Assembly: GCF_028641065.1 (NCBI RefSeq)
Contig: NC_073398.1
Coordinates: forward strand, 7,998,001 to 8,062,000
DNA length: 64,000 bases
Source: Leucoraja erinacea
Lineage: Eukaryota
Reading direction: 5' to 3'
A model generated the notes under the pieces. It ran no database searches and had not been told where the DNA came from. It saw nothing but the letters and a program-made list of their open reading frames with translations. Shown piece after piece: positions 12,846 through 27,315 of this stretch. The translations under genes were made by a program, and so were the position numbers. Position 1 is the first letter of the stretch. Each line of letters opens with the position of its first letter.

Positions 12846-15800
12846 TTTCTCACTTAATTTCTTTGCAACTTACGTCCTTTTTATAAAATGAAGAGTAAAA
12901 CTATTTTATTGTATTCCATACACAATGTATCCTTGGATTAATAAATGTATCGCAACTTGAGTTTTTCCACTTCTAAAACACAGGAAAGAAAGTCAAACTT
13001 TAAGAAAACATTGGCATCACTACTTTTGCCAATTTGAGATATGCATTCCATATGTTCATGTTTTATTCCGTTCAGACATATAGGGCCCGATTTGCACTAC
13101 AAATCAGGTAGTGCATGACTTGATTCCTTCTGTCAAAATGCAGAACCACAACAAACAATACCTCGTAGATTTGCCTCAAATACAAGCAGAAACATGCAAA
13201 CTTCAGTCCTTTCGTTTCCTGATCCAGGAAAACATAAAATGTTGAATGGAATGCAGAAATATTTTTTTCTCAAAGCTGCCATTTGAAATCATTTAAATGA
13301 CTGCATGATGATGTTTAGCAGTTTCTTTTTGCATATTTACCAGATTCATTTCCGCTAATCAGTTGTTTTATAATTACTTCCACAACCAATTACTAAATAC
13401 ATGCATGCTGCCAAGATAAGTGTTTTTTTTTTTAACATTTCTTTCAAGGGACTGGCAGAACATCGGCAAACTGGGTGGCTTTCTGAAGGAAGCATAAAGA
13501 AAAAGTAACCTTAGTTTTCCAGAAAATTCCTTGTAGGCACCCAAAACAATATGCTCTTTTATTAAAGTGCTAAAGCAATATCCTTTTGATGTCAGTGCTG
13601 ACAATTACGCAGACAAAAAAAAACAAAGGAATAATTCTGGGCGAATATCTGTGATGCAACTGGTGAGAACAGCGTTGTCGATACACTAAATTACCTTAAG
13701 GTGTCTAGAATTCTGTATTTTATCTTCTAAGTTCCAAATGTGTTTGTTAGCATCTTACAGAAAAAAACAATATGAAAGCAAAATAGTGCTGATGATAGAA
13801 ATACTCAACAGGTCAGGCGCATCTGTGGAGAGAGAACAGTTAACATTTCAGGTCAATGACCTTTCACCAAAACTGGAAAAAGCAGATGCACATAATTTGA
13901 AGTGCAAAGAAAGGGGCAAGGGGGAGAATTGAATATCAGCAATAGGAGTAGTACGTGGGAGAGATTAAATGACAAGAAGGACAATGGTGCAAAAGGAAAG
14001 GGGATGGCAATGGCATGTATAAAAACAATGATCACGAGAGACTAGGGAAATGGGAGGAGAATCTGAAATTGAGCTCAATGGTGAGTCTGTAATGTGCCCA
14101 AGATCACTGCTGTTTCTTGAGCTTGTGCCAAACTTTTTGAAAAATGAAGGGGGTTGGGGAAGACAAGGACAGAATTGGAATGAATAAAATTCTCTGTTCC
14201 AGTTGCAAACTAACCTCTATCCTCAGCTTCCTTCACTGATCCAGTATTATTCAAGCTCTTAAAACAGCACCCATCTTTCAACCAACACATTACAACCATC
14301 TGGATTCTATGTTGAGTTCCATTTTAGAGAAAGCTTCTATCACCATTTATACCATCTCCACTGTGACTTTGATTTTGAACTCGTCAAATCTTTTGTCTTG
14401 CACCATCCATACCTGTCTCCCCTATCCTTGTTCTTCTCCTTCATCCCATCCTGCCTTTGTTTCTTTTGCTGCATTTCAAAACTTATCTGCAAAACTTTCT
14501 GGTTTTGATGAAAAGTCAGTGACTTAAGAATTTTACCTCTCCATTGATGCTACTCTACTTGACCATTTCCAGGAAGCTGCCTTCAGACCAAACTAGTAGT
14601 TTGATTCTTTTGGCAGGGCAAATATCAACATTTCAACTGCAATTAATAGCCATCAGGCTATTAAACACGACAACAAATAAGGTCTGAACTACAAAAAACG
14701 TTTTATTATTATTATTGCACTATATTTGTTTATCTATTGATGAAAATGTGTGCATGTGTATATATACACACACTGAACTGTTTTTCTCCTGTTATGTACT
14801 GTATTTACATATTCTGCTGTGCTGCAGCAAGTAAGGATTTCATTATCCTATTTAGGATATATGACATTAAAACACTCTTTGACAATTTCAAAATCACTCT
14901 TTACAGATGAATCAATTAGCATTAAAGCAAGCTCAAAAGACTAGGGTTACCATCTACATTATCTCTAGGTTACGATGCTTTGGTTTTAGTATCTGAATGC
15001 AAGTAGTTAAAGGTGAATTGGGGACAAATGATAACTTTCACTCAAATTCTACTTCTTAAAATGTTTTGAACAATATGCAAGTTCACTTTTTATTGATAAC
15101 CTTATTGTAATAATCCGGACCTGATTAGAAATAGAGATTTTAATATCAACTCTGCACATCCACATGCCCCTTGTTTGAAGGAAATTCCCAATCACAAGAT
15201 TGTTTGGAATAAAACAAATGGTTAAATGTTTCCAAAGTAGTACCAGGACTTCAATGCAGAGCTTTGTAATACAGGAGGAGGCAGCCATTCATCCCAGTGT
15301 CATCACCCGCCAAATATTGAGTTCTTTAGATTATTCTCTTTCTCAGCCCAGTTTTGTACATACGACTCAGATCGTCACCTTCTTTTATGGTGTGTCCTGC
15401 CTCCACCATCATTTTAGGCAGACAGTTCCAGACTCTTGGTACTCTTTTTGATGGAAAAGATTTTCTCCACTGTTTAAAATTGGTCTCCCTCACAGGGAAT
15501 TCCTTCCTGTTCACTGCAAGTCTCTTAAATTTGTAGACTTGATTAAAGCTAACCTCAAGTTTCAATAGTCAACTGATCTCTTCCTGAAATCTACTATTTC
15601 CTTCCTCAAAGTTAAATGGTCAGTTCTTTTCATTATCTACAATCTTAATCATGCTTTCTACATATCAGTCTCAGATGAAAACCAAACAAAGAATTCAATA
15701 CCACGCTCCAGGGAATTTCATTGCAAACAGCTTCCACTCAATAAAATACTACGAAGCCACTAGATTTTACTTCCTGGAACTAATTTCCCTCAGATCGTAC

Positions 15801-16954
15801 AACTTTTTTTTACTGCTTTATCCACCCGTTATCTAAGATTTTGTGGAACACCTTGTTATTTAGATTGTAGTTAACATTATGCTATAATCTCATCAAGCTT
15901 CCTCAATCAACTGTTCCCTCAAATTCACATTTAATTGTTCAAACAAATCTACACTCACTGCCCTTTGTTTGCTGTACATTTCTAGGTCAAATGGCAAGGA
16001 TTTCCTCTCTAACCACATCCCAATAACATGCGCATTGCAGTAACCTCAATCTCTTTTTCAAAAAAGGGTATGATTTCACATTCACCACCTGTCAGCTGCA
16101 GACAAAGTGGGTTGGAAAATGATATTCAAAGTTGGCACCATTTCCCTCCGGGATTTAGGTTTGATCCCGACCAGGCTATGTCTTTATTTTTAAAAGATAC
16201 TGAACGTCTTAGGTTAACATCATTTTCAGAATTTTGCGTTGTCTTCCTTAACATCAGTCATTATTGTCCGCTTTGAAGACAGCTGCAATAAATTTAGAGA
16301 ACAGTGCACAACTTCTGCCTTCAACATTTTCAATTTGAGTAGGAGTGTTTGTGTTATCTTTTCCTTGTAGTTGGGAAATATCACAGGCTTTTACTTAATT
16401 TTATCCAACGACACGTGCGAGTCTTGTACTTGTCGCGATTTTCTGTAGTACTGAGCATGTTAGTAAGGACCTTTTTGCCTTATTCTTTTCCGGTTTCTCG
16501 ACATGCATAGGAATGTATACTTCAAACTTCCTCAATTATTTTTCTTGGAAAATTAGTTACACCATGCAGAACTCTCACCATCTTATCCAGGAATGCCAAC
16601 CTAAGTTAAGGTACCGACTATGCTTTGAGCAGCTACTTCCATTCTACCGTTGCTAAATCTACTCAGCCTGGAAAAAGTGGCATTACTCCAGGTTAAAATT
16701 GCTAGTTTTGTCCTTTTTCATTACCATGCAGATGCTGGTATACAACGAAGATAGACACAAAATGCAGGAGTAACTCAGTGGGTCAGGCAGCATCCCTGGA
16801 AAAAGGGAATAGGCGATGTTTCAGGTTGAGAAACTTCTTCAGACAAAAACAAATAATGATTGCTGCCTCCAAAATACTTCCCGACTGCCACTTTCCCCAG
16901 AGTCATTTGCACCGAGTGTTTTTCCTTCTCATTGAAGTTGCTATTTACAGGAGG

Positions 16955-17250
16955 GAGGCACAGTGGTGCGGCGGTAGAGCTATTGCCTTTCTGCGCCAGA
17001 GACCCGGGTTCAATCCTGACCATGGGTACTTGTTTGTACGGAGTTTGTCTGTTCTCCCCATGATATGAGTGGGCTTTCTCTGAGATTTCCAGTTTCCTCC
17101 CACCTTCCAAAAATGTACAGGTTTGTAGGTTAATTGGGTTGGTATAAAATGTAAAGTTGTCCTTAGTTTGTGTAGGGTGGTGTTAATGTGAGGGGATCGC
17201 TGGTCGGCTCAGACTCTGTGGGCCAAAACACTGTATCCCTAAACTAAATA
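16955..17250 (+). mobile_element. tRNA-derived SINE (HE1/V-SINE-like)
   Basis: Box A-like tggtgcggcggtagagc, box B ggttcaatcc, central body ctccagtttcctccca...gtaggttaattgg, CR1-like tail ctgtatccctaaactaaa. Confidence 0.8.
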
Positions 17251-17908
17251 AAAAACCCTACAGATTGAAAATGTTTTCTCGAGTGCACTTCAAGACATCT
17301 ATTCAATCTATACCCTTTTTACTGCTCTAGTTAACATTAGGATCTTAGCATTACGTTATTGCTTAGGTTTTCTTCTCAGAAACTAATCCATGACTGGCTC
17401 TGCTTGTTTGGGACTTCAATCCACATGGCCTCATCTGTTGATCTTTCTCGTGTTTCATCCCTCCTTGCAGCTGTAAAAGTTTCATTAATCAATATTGCCA
17501 AGAACTTGGAAAACTCTCAGCCTCTGTCAGCCAGAAACATCCGTGCATTCGGAATCCAGAGTTCTGTAGCACAGGATAGGACCCTTCAGCCCACAATGTC
17601 TACCATGTAACCATCTAGCCGAAACAAATTTGGCTACACATATCAATTCTTGTCCCCAGGCACTATGAAGGTAACGCATCATTCAGGAATGATTCCTGTG
17701 GGCAAAGAAATTCAAACCTCCATTTAACTGTTCAATGCCCTGCTCCGTGAAACCAAGTTGTAGGTGTATCCCACAACGCACCACTGTCTCTTGTCTTCAG
17801 ATGTATCCAGTGACAGTGACAAGCATCACGGAAAGCTTGCATAAAATAGTGATATTTAAATATGAATACAATTTTCAATTTGAAGACAACATTGTTTCAA
17901 TGACTTAC

Positions 17909-17976
17909 ATGTCTTCGGGCGTCCAGTGAAGCAGCACTTTGACTTTTCCAGAATCTTCTTTCCTCCGTGCTATTAC
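17909..17976 (-). CDS. AEBP2: AEBP2 coding exon 6
   Basis: VIARRKEDSGKVKVLLHWTPED(I); acceptor ttttccAG, donor GTaagt; 68 nt, phase 0/2. Confidence 0.96.
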
Positions 17977-18121
17977 CTGGAAAAAATATTAAACATTTGT
18001 CCAAGTAAATCGACGGTAATTTTACAATAACACAAGCAATAAACATGGATCTGGCACAGGATTTAAATGGCACTTGCACTTTTCCCAATGAATGCTTCCC
18101 AAAATATGGAATCCAGTTAGC

Positions 18122-18385
18122 ATGTTTAGAGATACAGCACGGAAAAGGGCCCTTTGGCGCTCCGAGTCCACGCTGACACTCGCTCATCCATTCATACTAG
18201 TTCTATGTTATCTCACTTTCGCATCCACTCCCAACAAGTCACGACCAATTTACAGAGGCCAATTAACTTACAAACTCGCATGCCTATGCCACACGAGGAA
18301 ATCGGAGCATCGGAGGAAGAACGTGCAACTCAATACAGACCACACCCGAGTTAGGATTGAACTTGGGCGCCTGGCACTGGTGCAT
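18122..18385 (-). mobile_element. tRNA-derived SINE (HE1-like)
   Basis: Reverse complement of the same family: tail tttagagatacag and box B aggattgaact on the plus strand. Confidence 0.75.
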
Positions 18386-18652
18386 TTCTCCATTTCAAAC
18401 ACAATACAACTCAGACTTGTCAACTGTGAAATTTAACTCAAAAATACAAAAATATTTGAGACCTAATATATATATATCTCATATACTCACACCAACACGA
18501 TCTGAAATGGCACCTATCCATGTTCTGCATAGATGTCGCCCGACCCGCTGAGTTGCTCTAACATTCTCTTTAAAAAAAAAACCCAAATCTGCAGTTTCTT
18601 GAAGAATATTGGTTTTTCGCTACACTAAGATTCAGAACAGGCCTGCATAGAC

Positions 18653-19514
18653 TAGGTATGTTACAAAACCTACCTGAATCGTGGCTGAGCATCTGCCCCA
18701 CCCCTTGTGTGTGATTTTGGCGCTGTTTGGAGGGGGCGGGTTTAAAACGCGATTTTTACTAGGCTTTTCCAATCGCAGATGTTCAGCCTAGTAAATCATT
18801 AACGGAGAATCGCTGCAAGACCCGGTCGCAAAAGCTATTATTAGTTTTATAGGCCTCGAATAATAGATATAATAGTTTTAAAAGCTCTCGTTCACTCCGC
18901 AACCTCTCGCAGCCCCAGGGTTTTATAAAGCAAACTATTAAAGGTATGTACCTTATTTTTACATTAAATGGGGCATGTATATAACCCTGTATATCAAGTT
19001 ATCTATAGCGAGTAGTTCATTTTGGGCTTTTTATATCCCGCAGTATTTTTCTCGGCATTTGAGGGCACTAATCCAGCGCGATGTCAACGTTCTAAACCAG
19101 CGCGTTCCACATGAACCCACTAGAAAGCCGATTTAAATGGGCATTTATTTACAGCAATTGAACACTAAATTCCTTCCATTTGGCCTATAAATTAATGTAA
19201 ATTAGATATAAAAATCATGTTATATTGTGAATTATTTGTGAATAATCTTTGGACACTTAGGCTATTTAAAAATGTTAATCTTTCCTTAAGAAATGGGCTT
19301 TTGACTATCCAAGATCACAGCTTTTTTGTAATGTCCATTGAAAATCAATAGGGAACAAGATGCTAATTTCCGAGTATGAAAATGGCCATAACCTTTTTAA
19401 TACTTGAGATATGAAAGTGAATTTGGTGTCAAATTAAACTTATTGTTATGCTTTATCTGATGGGATAAATTGCAGACTTGATTTTTAAAATCTCAAAATT
19501 TTGTAACATTGCTA
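18653..19514. mobile_element. Non-autonomous hAT-like DNA transposon
   Basis: 16-bp imperfect TIRs taggtatgttacaaaa / ttttgtaacattgcta with TAG...CTA ends; flanking direct repeat catagac(t) of 7-8 bp; no ORF. Confidence 0.75.
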
Positions 19515-20556
19515 CATAGACTTTGAAAGGAACAATAGGTGTCCAGCCATGCCCACTGAGTCCAGGATGTGGACTTGAGCATTACCTCCTGTCACTCCAC
19601 ATCGTCACTGGACTCCATGTAACGCTCAGCGGATGGCACCTGAAGTGTTATCATGGGCATTTCATGTCACTCACGGCTGGCAGAGGCTCAGAAAGAGATG
19701 TTTAAGTGCTACTTATGTTTTAATATTGATATTATAAAATTAAAAATATTAATATTTCATTTACTCAATTGTGGTCATTTTGATTTGTTTATGCTTGATA
19801 CAGCACTTCTTATCCTTGGCCTCGACTATCAGGGTGCTACATATCAGAGCCCTGGCAGCGCTTCCTGAGGCACACGCCACTAAAATGTTGCTGGCTGCGG
19901 CCTTCCTTGCCCACCCCCGTTTAAGTGAGAGTGGCTGGGCAACACAAACAGTGACCTAGATACAGCACAACTCATCCTTGCAAGTTTATGCCACAACATT
20001 AAATTAATGAAATCATGCATATAATAAATTCTCTATGACAAAATCAACTCCATCAAAACTAAAACCAATCATAATCTTGGCTCTGTTCAACTTCAAGATG
20101 AACTCCAGATAACATTAGGCCACCAGCTCAAATGCTTATTTCTATCTCATTCCTCTTCAGACACTGTGGAACCCCCTCTTTGCCTTGATTACCTCTCGGC
20201 TGGTCTACCCAATTAGCTTTTCTCCATCATCTTACTGTAAACTTGGGACGATTGTTGGATATATTCATTCATATACATTGTGAATTACAACTGCTCCCGA
20301 TCAAACAAGTGACCTTGGCGGGTCAGAAAATGCTGGAAACACAAAGCAGGACAGGCCAGTCTTTTGTGGAAGAGAAGAAATCGTAACATTTCAGGTTGGA
20401 GTTCAAGAAGATTTTCAGCATCTGCGATTTTAAATTCACTTGGGATATCCAAATTCTTCACACATAATCTTGAAGTACTTTTATTGAGAAAGTCAAAAAA
20501 AAGTGCTACTACAGTAGAATATTTTTAAACAAATCTGTTTAAAGATTGAGATTAGG

Positions 20557-20570
20557 TTGCCCTCTTGTGG
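20557..20570 (-). promoter_or_regulatory. Candidate CTCF site
   Basis: Minus strand CCACAAGAGGGCAA fits the CTCF core consensus; motif match only. Confidence 0.4.
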
Positions 20571-21469
20571 ACAAATGAACAGAACCAAATATCGCAATTT
20601 TTAGTTTACTTAAGTATTGCAAGAAAATATTTGCTACAGTAATGAACGGTGTATTGCCAATCAACATAGAATATTAAACAAACCTTATTGCTTTTATCTA
20701 AAAATGTAGCATTTCCCCCTTATCTACTTCAACAAGAACCAAAATCGTGTATGGAGTCTTTTCACTATTAACAGAGCATTGCACACATACAGGATACTGC
20801 GTAGGACCAGTCATGTCAATTGATAACCTAGGTCACAGATTTTAAAGTTCACAATATCATGAATCATGATTCAACCATTAGCCAAACTCAGAATGGATAC
20901 AAGAGTTCCTGAATTCTGTAGAAAATGATTGCTTAATCAAAACTTGAACTATCAACTTAGTGACAGCACTAATTCTTGCATATACGTATTGATCAGAATT
21001 GCGCACTTCAAATTTGGAATAAAGAAGAATATCTATGCAACCCGGGGCACCCAACATTTAAGTGATGTTAGGTGAAATAGGGTATCAGACACCCATTCAC
21101 TAATTTGCAAGTTGTTCCAACACTTTCAACCTCTTAACTGCAGCAGTCACTTTTTACATTCTCTGCACCTGTTCTCCAAAAGAAAGACCGACAATTATAT
21201 GCCATTTTGTACTTGGTCTTAAAGGACTGGGGGGGGGGAGCAAGATGTCAACCACCGCTTTGTAAAATAAGTCTAAAAATTTATTATAATTTATGATGGA
21301 AATTAAATTGAAAAGTTATGTTGTTACATGCTTTACACAAAAAAAAAAGCCACCTCCTTCTGTTAAACTACTCATCTGCACAACACACAAATTAAGTGTT
21401 ATTTATTTCCTGGCTTTTCTCCAGAATGTGGATTCATCCACAAAAGAAAGATGATGCCTATTCACATCA

Positions 21470-21483
21470 CCACTAGATGGCAC
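21470..21483 (+). promoter_or_regulatory. Candidate CTCF site
   Basis: CCACTAGATGGCAC fits the CTCF core consensus in non-repeat sequence; motif match only. Confidence 0.5.
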
Positions 21484-22874
21484 CCGGTTAATTTTCCACA
21501 GATACTAAACGAAATTGAAGGTCAAAAAAATGACTCATTTTCAAACTGCAGAGAAAAGCTATTAAAGCTGCAAAATGGCCTCAGGTTTGGAAATGATATA
21601 TAGCACAAATAAACTGTTTAGGACAGGAACAGGCCTTTCAGCCCGTATTGTCAATGTTGAACACAATATCAGGTTAAACTAATCTCTGCTTGCATGTGAT
21701 CCATATCAATCCATTCCCCACATATCTATTTGCCTATCTTGAAACAAGTCACACAAGACGAGGGAATAGCATGTTACTCATATGCTTTGGAGAACTGCCG
21801 TGTCATGCTGATGTAGCAAAATTGACATCTTGCCAGTTTCTGTCAATTCGAGTCTCAATAATTCCTCTTGACAAATTTCCATTCAAACAGGAGCAGTTTC
21901 AATCCATTGTGTAATTCTTAATTTAAAATGTACGGATTGAAAAATATTAAAACATTCAACCTCATGCACAGAAAGTTTTAGAAATGTGTGATGATATTGC
22001 TGCAAAGAACACTGCCACTCCAAACACAGAATATGAATTATCTGCTGCTATACAAGAAGTCACCAAAAATTAAGACATTGGATTGGTGTATAACTTTAGC
22101 AAAGGTTTATAATTGGTTCATGGCTAATAAACAATAAAACAAACTTTCAGGGTCCCGACTTGAAACGTCATTCCATGTTCTCCCAAATGCTGCCTGGCCT
22201 GCTGAGTTACTCCAGTACTTTGTGTTTTTTTTTTTTTTTTTTAAAACTTAAGCAATGACTGGTCGAGCTGTGTATATTATATCCATCTCTGCCAATGAAT
22301 AATGTAGGACTATAGGTTTTGACTATAACAGAAAGAAGCTGCTGTTATGTCATGGGAAAGGTTAGTGATAAGGTAGCGACAAATTCTATTATGGCTAATT
22401 AAAGCCAAATATGTAAATCAAATGCTTGCAAAAATTCAGTTCCCAAAACAAAGATGTACACTGGAAACGGTTTTAATATTCCAACAGAATGTCACAGACA
22501 TTGTATCAGTACTCAATTCATTGGATTAAAACATCTGTAATAATTTAAAAGATTTGCCCTTATTAAATCAAAATGAAGTGCCCCCAAAATTCAAGGAAAA
22601 AATCAATTCTAGAAAATGCTCCTAAGATAAGCAACTCTTACAGCCCTTCCTTGGAAACAGTTTTTTCCTCTTGATGCAGGCCAAAATCTCTAATGAATCT
22701 TCTCCTTGTAACACAATGACTTAATTGCATCATTAAATCACCATCAGTCTTGCTATTTTAAAGGTGAACAAGCACATTTTAAGTTTTGAGAGTTGCAAAG
22801 ACTTAGCGAAACCATGCAAACGGCACCTTCAAATACATTGACATGCATCTGAAGTACTATTCAAAACCTGCCTC

Positions 22875-23705
22875 GAGTCGGAGTATAGAAGAGAGATCGA
22901 CCGACTGACCAAATGGTGCCAGCACAATAACCTGGCCCTCAACACCAGCAAAACCAAGGAACTGATTGTGGACTTTGGAAGGAGTAGGAGGGGGACCCAT
23001 AGCCCCGTTTATATGGTTGAAAGGGTCAAGAACTTCAAATTCCTTGGCGTGAACATCTCTGAAGATCTTTCCTGGTCCAAGAACACTAATGCAATCATAA
23101 AGAAAGCTCATCAGCGCCTCTACTTCCTGAGAAGATTACGGAGAGTCGGCATGTCAAGGAGGACTCTCTCTAACCTCTACAGGTGCACAGTAGAGAGCAT
23201 GCTGACCGGTTGCATCGTGGCTTGGTTCGGCAACTTGAGCGCTCAGGAACAGAAAAGACTACAAAAAGTAGTAAACACCGCCCAGTCCATCATCGGCTCT
23301 GACCTCCCTACCATCGAGGGGATCTATCGATCTATCAAAAAGATTGGCAGCATGATCAAGGACCCACACCATCCTGGCCACGCACTCATCTCCCCGCTCC
23401 CTTCAGGTAGAAGGTACAGGAGCCTGAAGACTGCAACGTCCAGGTTCAGAAACAGCTTCTTCCCCAGAGCCATCAGGCTATTGAACTCAACTCAAACAAA
23501 ACTCTGAACATTAATAGCCCATTATCTGTTTATTTGCACTTTCTCTGTTTTATTTATTCATGTGTGTATATATGTATACAATGGTATATGGGACACACTG
23601 ATCTGTTTCGTATTCATGCCTTCTATAATTCTGTTGTGCTGATGCAAAGCAAGAATTTCATTGTCCTATCTGGGACACATGTCAATAAACTCTCTTGAAT
23701 CTTGA
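22875..23705 (+). mobile_element. Rex1/Babar-like LINE, 5'-truncated
   Basis: WCQHNNLALNTSKTKELIVDF...FKFLGVNISEDLSW...HQRLYFLRRL...RFRNSFFPRAIRLLN, then a 3' UTR ending caataaactctcttgaatcttga. Confidence 0.85.
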
Positions 23706-24189
23706 CATTAACACCAATACGAGGAATCTTTAGATAAATTAAATTTAAAATATGAATGAACGAGTGTCTGGGGTATAATATCGACATTTAAATGTGTGCA
23801 ATCTCTAACATAAAACAAATAAAGTAAAGAGAATCTAGCTTGTTTGCTCTAAAGTGCAAGACCCTAAAAATCATAAATATTACAAATGTGGAGGCAGACA
23901 TATCAGAAACAAATATTACTGCAATAACTCAATGGGACAGCACTCTTTTTCAGACAAAGGTCTGAAGGATCATGATCCAAAATGTAATTTATCCATTCCC
24001 TCCACTGAAGCTGCCTGACCCATATAATTCATTCAGCACTGTGTTTTGCTCAAGATTTGAACATCAGCAGTCTCTTATGTTTCTCCAAGTCTATATCAGC
24101 TTCAGAATATCAATCCCATTCCCCTAGACTGTTCCCTTCTCAAATGCTTACTCAGCTCCATTCCATTTCCACCACACCCAAAGACAAGT

Positions 24190-24227
24190 CTAGATCATAA
24201 ACCACCCACTAGATCATAAACCACCCA
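24190..24227. repeat. Perfect 19-bp tandem duplication
   Basis: ctagatcataaaccaccca x2. Confidence 0.85.
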
Positions 24228-24316
24228 TACAACCAACTGAGCAGCTGTTAACTAAACATATGTAAAATGGACCACAGTCACTAAAACAAATATACTGTTG
24301 CCACCCCTCTATCTTT

Positions 24317-24450
24317 CAGTCTGGAGAAGGGTTCTGACCCAAAACGTCACCAATTTATTTTCTCCGGAGATGCTACCTGACCCACTGAGTTCCTCCAGCA
24401 GTTTGTGTCTATCTTCGGTATAAACCAGCATCTGCAGTCCTTCCTACACA
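24317..24450 (+). mobile_element. Solo pLTR mini-element
   Basis: ctggagaagggttctgacccaaaacgtc (mutated hammerhead core) through cagcatctgcagtccttcctacac. Confidence 0.75.
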
Positions 24451-24979
24451 AGGGAACAGTGGTGTTCTGATGCTACACAAATAGTATCAGCAGACTAGAA
24501 GAGGCAGATTAACCTTCGGGGCCTAACCAAGGGTATCCTTTGACATTATGGGAAGCTTAGGAAGAATATTGACATATGGTTACTGCTGAAATTTAGTTGT
24601 AAAATGGTAGAGTGTAGATGCAAGAATTCCAAAGAGCAGATGATGTCACAAATATCACCGAAAGGCACAAACAAGATTGCTCAAAAGGTTTTCATGTTGT
24701 TTGCTTCCTCATCATTAATGTTATGCAGACTTCTCCACCTTTTGCACTCCAGAGAGAGAAATATGACCAGGGCAAACACAATGTTACTGATATGGCTGTC
24801 TTATTCTGGTCAAAGAACAGCATGTCAAAGTGTTGTCTAATCTCCTTTAAACATTGAGGTCATTTTTATTTATGGTTGAAGTTACAGCAATTGGAAGATC
24901 AATTGGGAGCAAGAAATTTTATTAGTGAAGGAACTGTTCCATAATTGGAAGAACAAATCACTGTTAAAACTGTACTTAC

Positions 24980-25104
24980 TGTGCTATGGAACACGACACT
25001 ATGGCCATTTCCATGACTTTCAATATGGGTCGACAGATTAAAACAGATGGCACGATGTCTTATGGCATCCATTGTCTGAGCATCAAAAAAGTCATGTGGT
25101 CTTG
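24980..25104 (-). CDS. AEBP2: AEBP2 coding exon 5
   Basis: (P)[41 protein letters not shown]; acceptor ttttacAG, donor GTaagt; 125 nt, phase 1/0. Confidence 0.97.
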
Positions 25105-27016
25105 CTGTAAAAACAAAATATCAGAAGGGCAGGTCATCAAAGCGCATACTGTAATTTTAAACAGATACTCCAGTTAAGATTATGGTGAAATACAGTTAAT
25201 TTATATCGAACATGTTAAACAATTAAAATTGCAAAATTGGTCAATACTGAGGAATTCTAGCCTAAGTGACAGCTCAGCATCTTAGATAAGGTGAACAAAT
25301 GATTTACCATACTGAAACATACAGAAGTCATAACATAGTACACTAGCTGAAAGCGGATGAAATGGGAGTGTGCAAAATTGGTATACCAATGCCATTTACA
25401 GGTTTAAGAACGCATTTGTATGCCATTTAATTAAGAATTCATATGCTGTTCCTCCCATAACACCAACCCCCAGAAAAATTAAATCTTATGGAACAGCATC
25501 AGAACAGCTCCTTCAGCACACAATGTTCGTACTGTACACGGTGCTAAGTTAAATCAATCTCCTCTGCAGGCACATAATCGATATCCCACCATTTCCTATA
25601 TAACTTCGTGCTGATCTAAAAGTATCTTAAATGCAACAACGATCACAACCGCTTCCACCACCACCACCCCAGGCAATGCGTTGCAGGCAAACACTATTCT
25701 TTGTGTGAACAACTTTCCCTGCACATCTCCTTTCAACCGCTCCTCTTACCCTCAAATTTATGGCCTCTGGTCTTTGACATTTCCACCCTGAGAAAAAGGT
25801 ACCAAAACTCAAAATGTATTTTCCTCCTTGGCTCCAGCAACCCAAATTCACAGCTAGCTTCTGACAAATACAAACATTTTATCTCAACCAAAATATACCT
25901 GATCTTCTCACAACCACGCAACATGCAGAAACTCATGATACAAAGCCTGCAATGCATCTCTCTACCAACTATGCTGATTAGTGCAGCTTGCTTTCCTTTT
26001 GAAAGATGGCCATGTCATAACAGAGGATAGAGGACCTATTGTTAAATACCCATTTGCAAATGTTATTACGACATAATGTAGGATTTAATTTGAACATAGA
26101 TTATAGATTATATTCAAGCCTCCAGGAATTAATAATGGCTTCATAACCAAACAAGCAAAATATGTAGAAATCGTGGGTCGTAGCAAGATACACCAAATAA
26201 TCCATGTCAACCATCAAGTGAACTATACTTGGAACTAGGAAAAAGGGTCCCAATCTGAAATGTCACCTAACCATTTTCTCCAGAGATACTGTCTGGCCCA
26301 CTGAATTACTCCAGCATTTTGTCTAATTTTTGGAGCTATGGTTTATTGGTGTCACATGTTCCGAGATAGTGGAATATTGTGCTATCCAGTCAAATCATGC
26401 AATACACATGTGCAATCAACTCATACACAAGTACATCCAATGATGGGAAGAGAAAAATAGCCAGAGTACAGAATATAATGTTCCAGCCTTGTAGCGCACA
26501 GATGCAGAGAAAGTGCAGATTTAAAAAAAAGTTTAAGGACTGCAAATGAGAAAGGTTGAAAGATTAGAACTACACCCAGAGCATGGGTGGGTCATTCAAT
26601 AGTCTGATAACTGTCTAATGAAGTAGAAGCATTGATGTGCTTTCATGGCCAGTTTCAATGAGATTGGTCCAGGATAAATTGTTGATAGTTAAGTCTAATA
26701 CTGTGAAGCTCTCGTCTACCATTACTTCGGCATCATTGACACTGATCGAGGCGTGTACTTCACCTTGATACCTGAAGTCAATAACTAGCTCGTTAGAGCT
26801 AGCTCCTAAGATTCCAGCATCAGCAAATCCTTATCTCATGACAGTGCTAAACTGGTAAATTTAGAAAGCAACTTGATCCATTCAAAGCAATCAATTTCAG
26901 GAGTTCATATCACCCCATAACAACATAGGAGTCCAATTTGTCATCCAATCCTCACCAGACTAATCAGAGTGCTCATTCAATAGTCACTGTAAAATTAAAA
27001 AAAACAAAAAACAAAA

Positions 27017-27315
27017 GCACAGGTAGCAGAGCTGGTGGAGCTGCTGCCTCATAGCGCTGGAGACCTGGGTTCGATCCAGACTTCAGGTGTGGTTTGTTTG
27101 TTCTCCCTGTGATGCACGGGATTCCTCTGGGTGCTCCTGTTTCTGCCCACATCCCAAAGACATGAGATTGTGTAGATTAATTGTCACTAGTGTGTAGGAA
27201 GTAGATGAGAAGGTGGGACAACATTGAAGTACTGTGAGTGGGTGATCAAGGAGTCAGCGTGATCGGAAGGGCAAATATGTGTTTCCATGCTGTATCTCTA
27301 TTAAACTAAACTAAA
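27017..27315 (+). mobile_element. tRNA-derived SINE (HE1-like)
   Basis: Box B ggttcgatcc and tail ctgtatctctattaaactaaactaaa; same family as 16955-17250. Confidence 0.75.
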
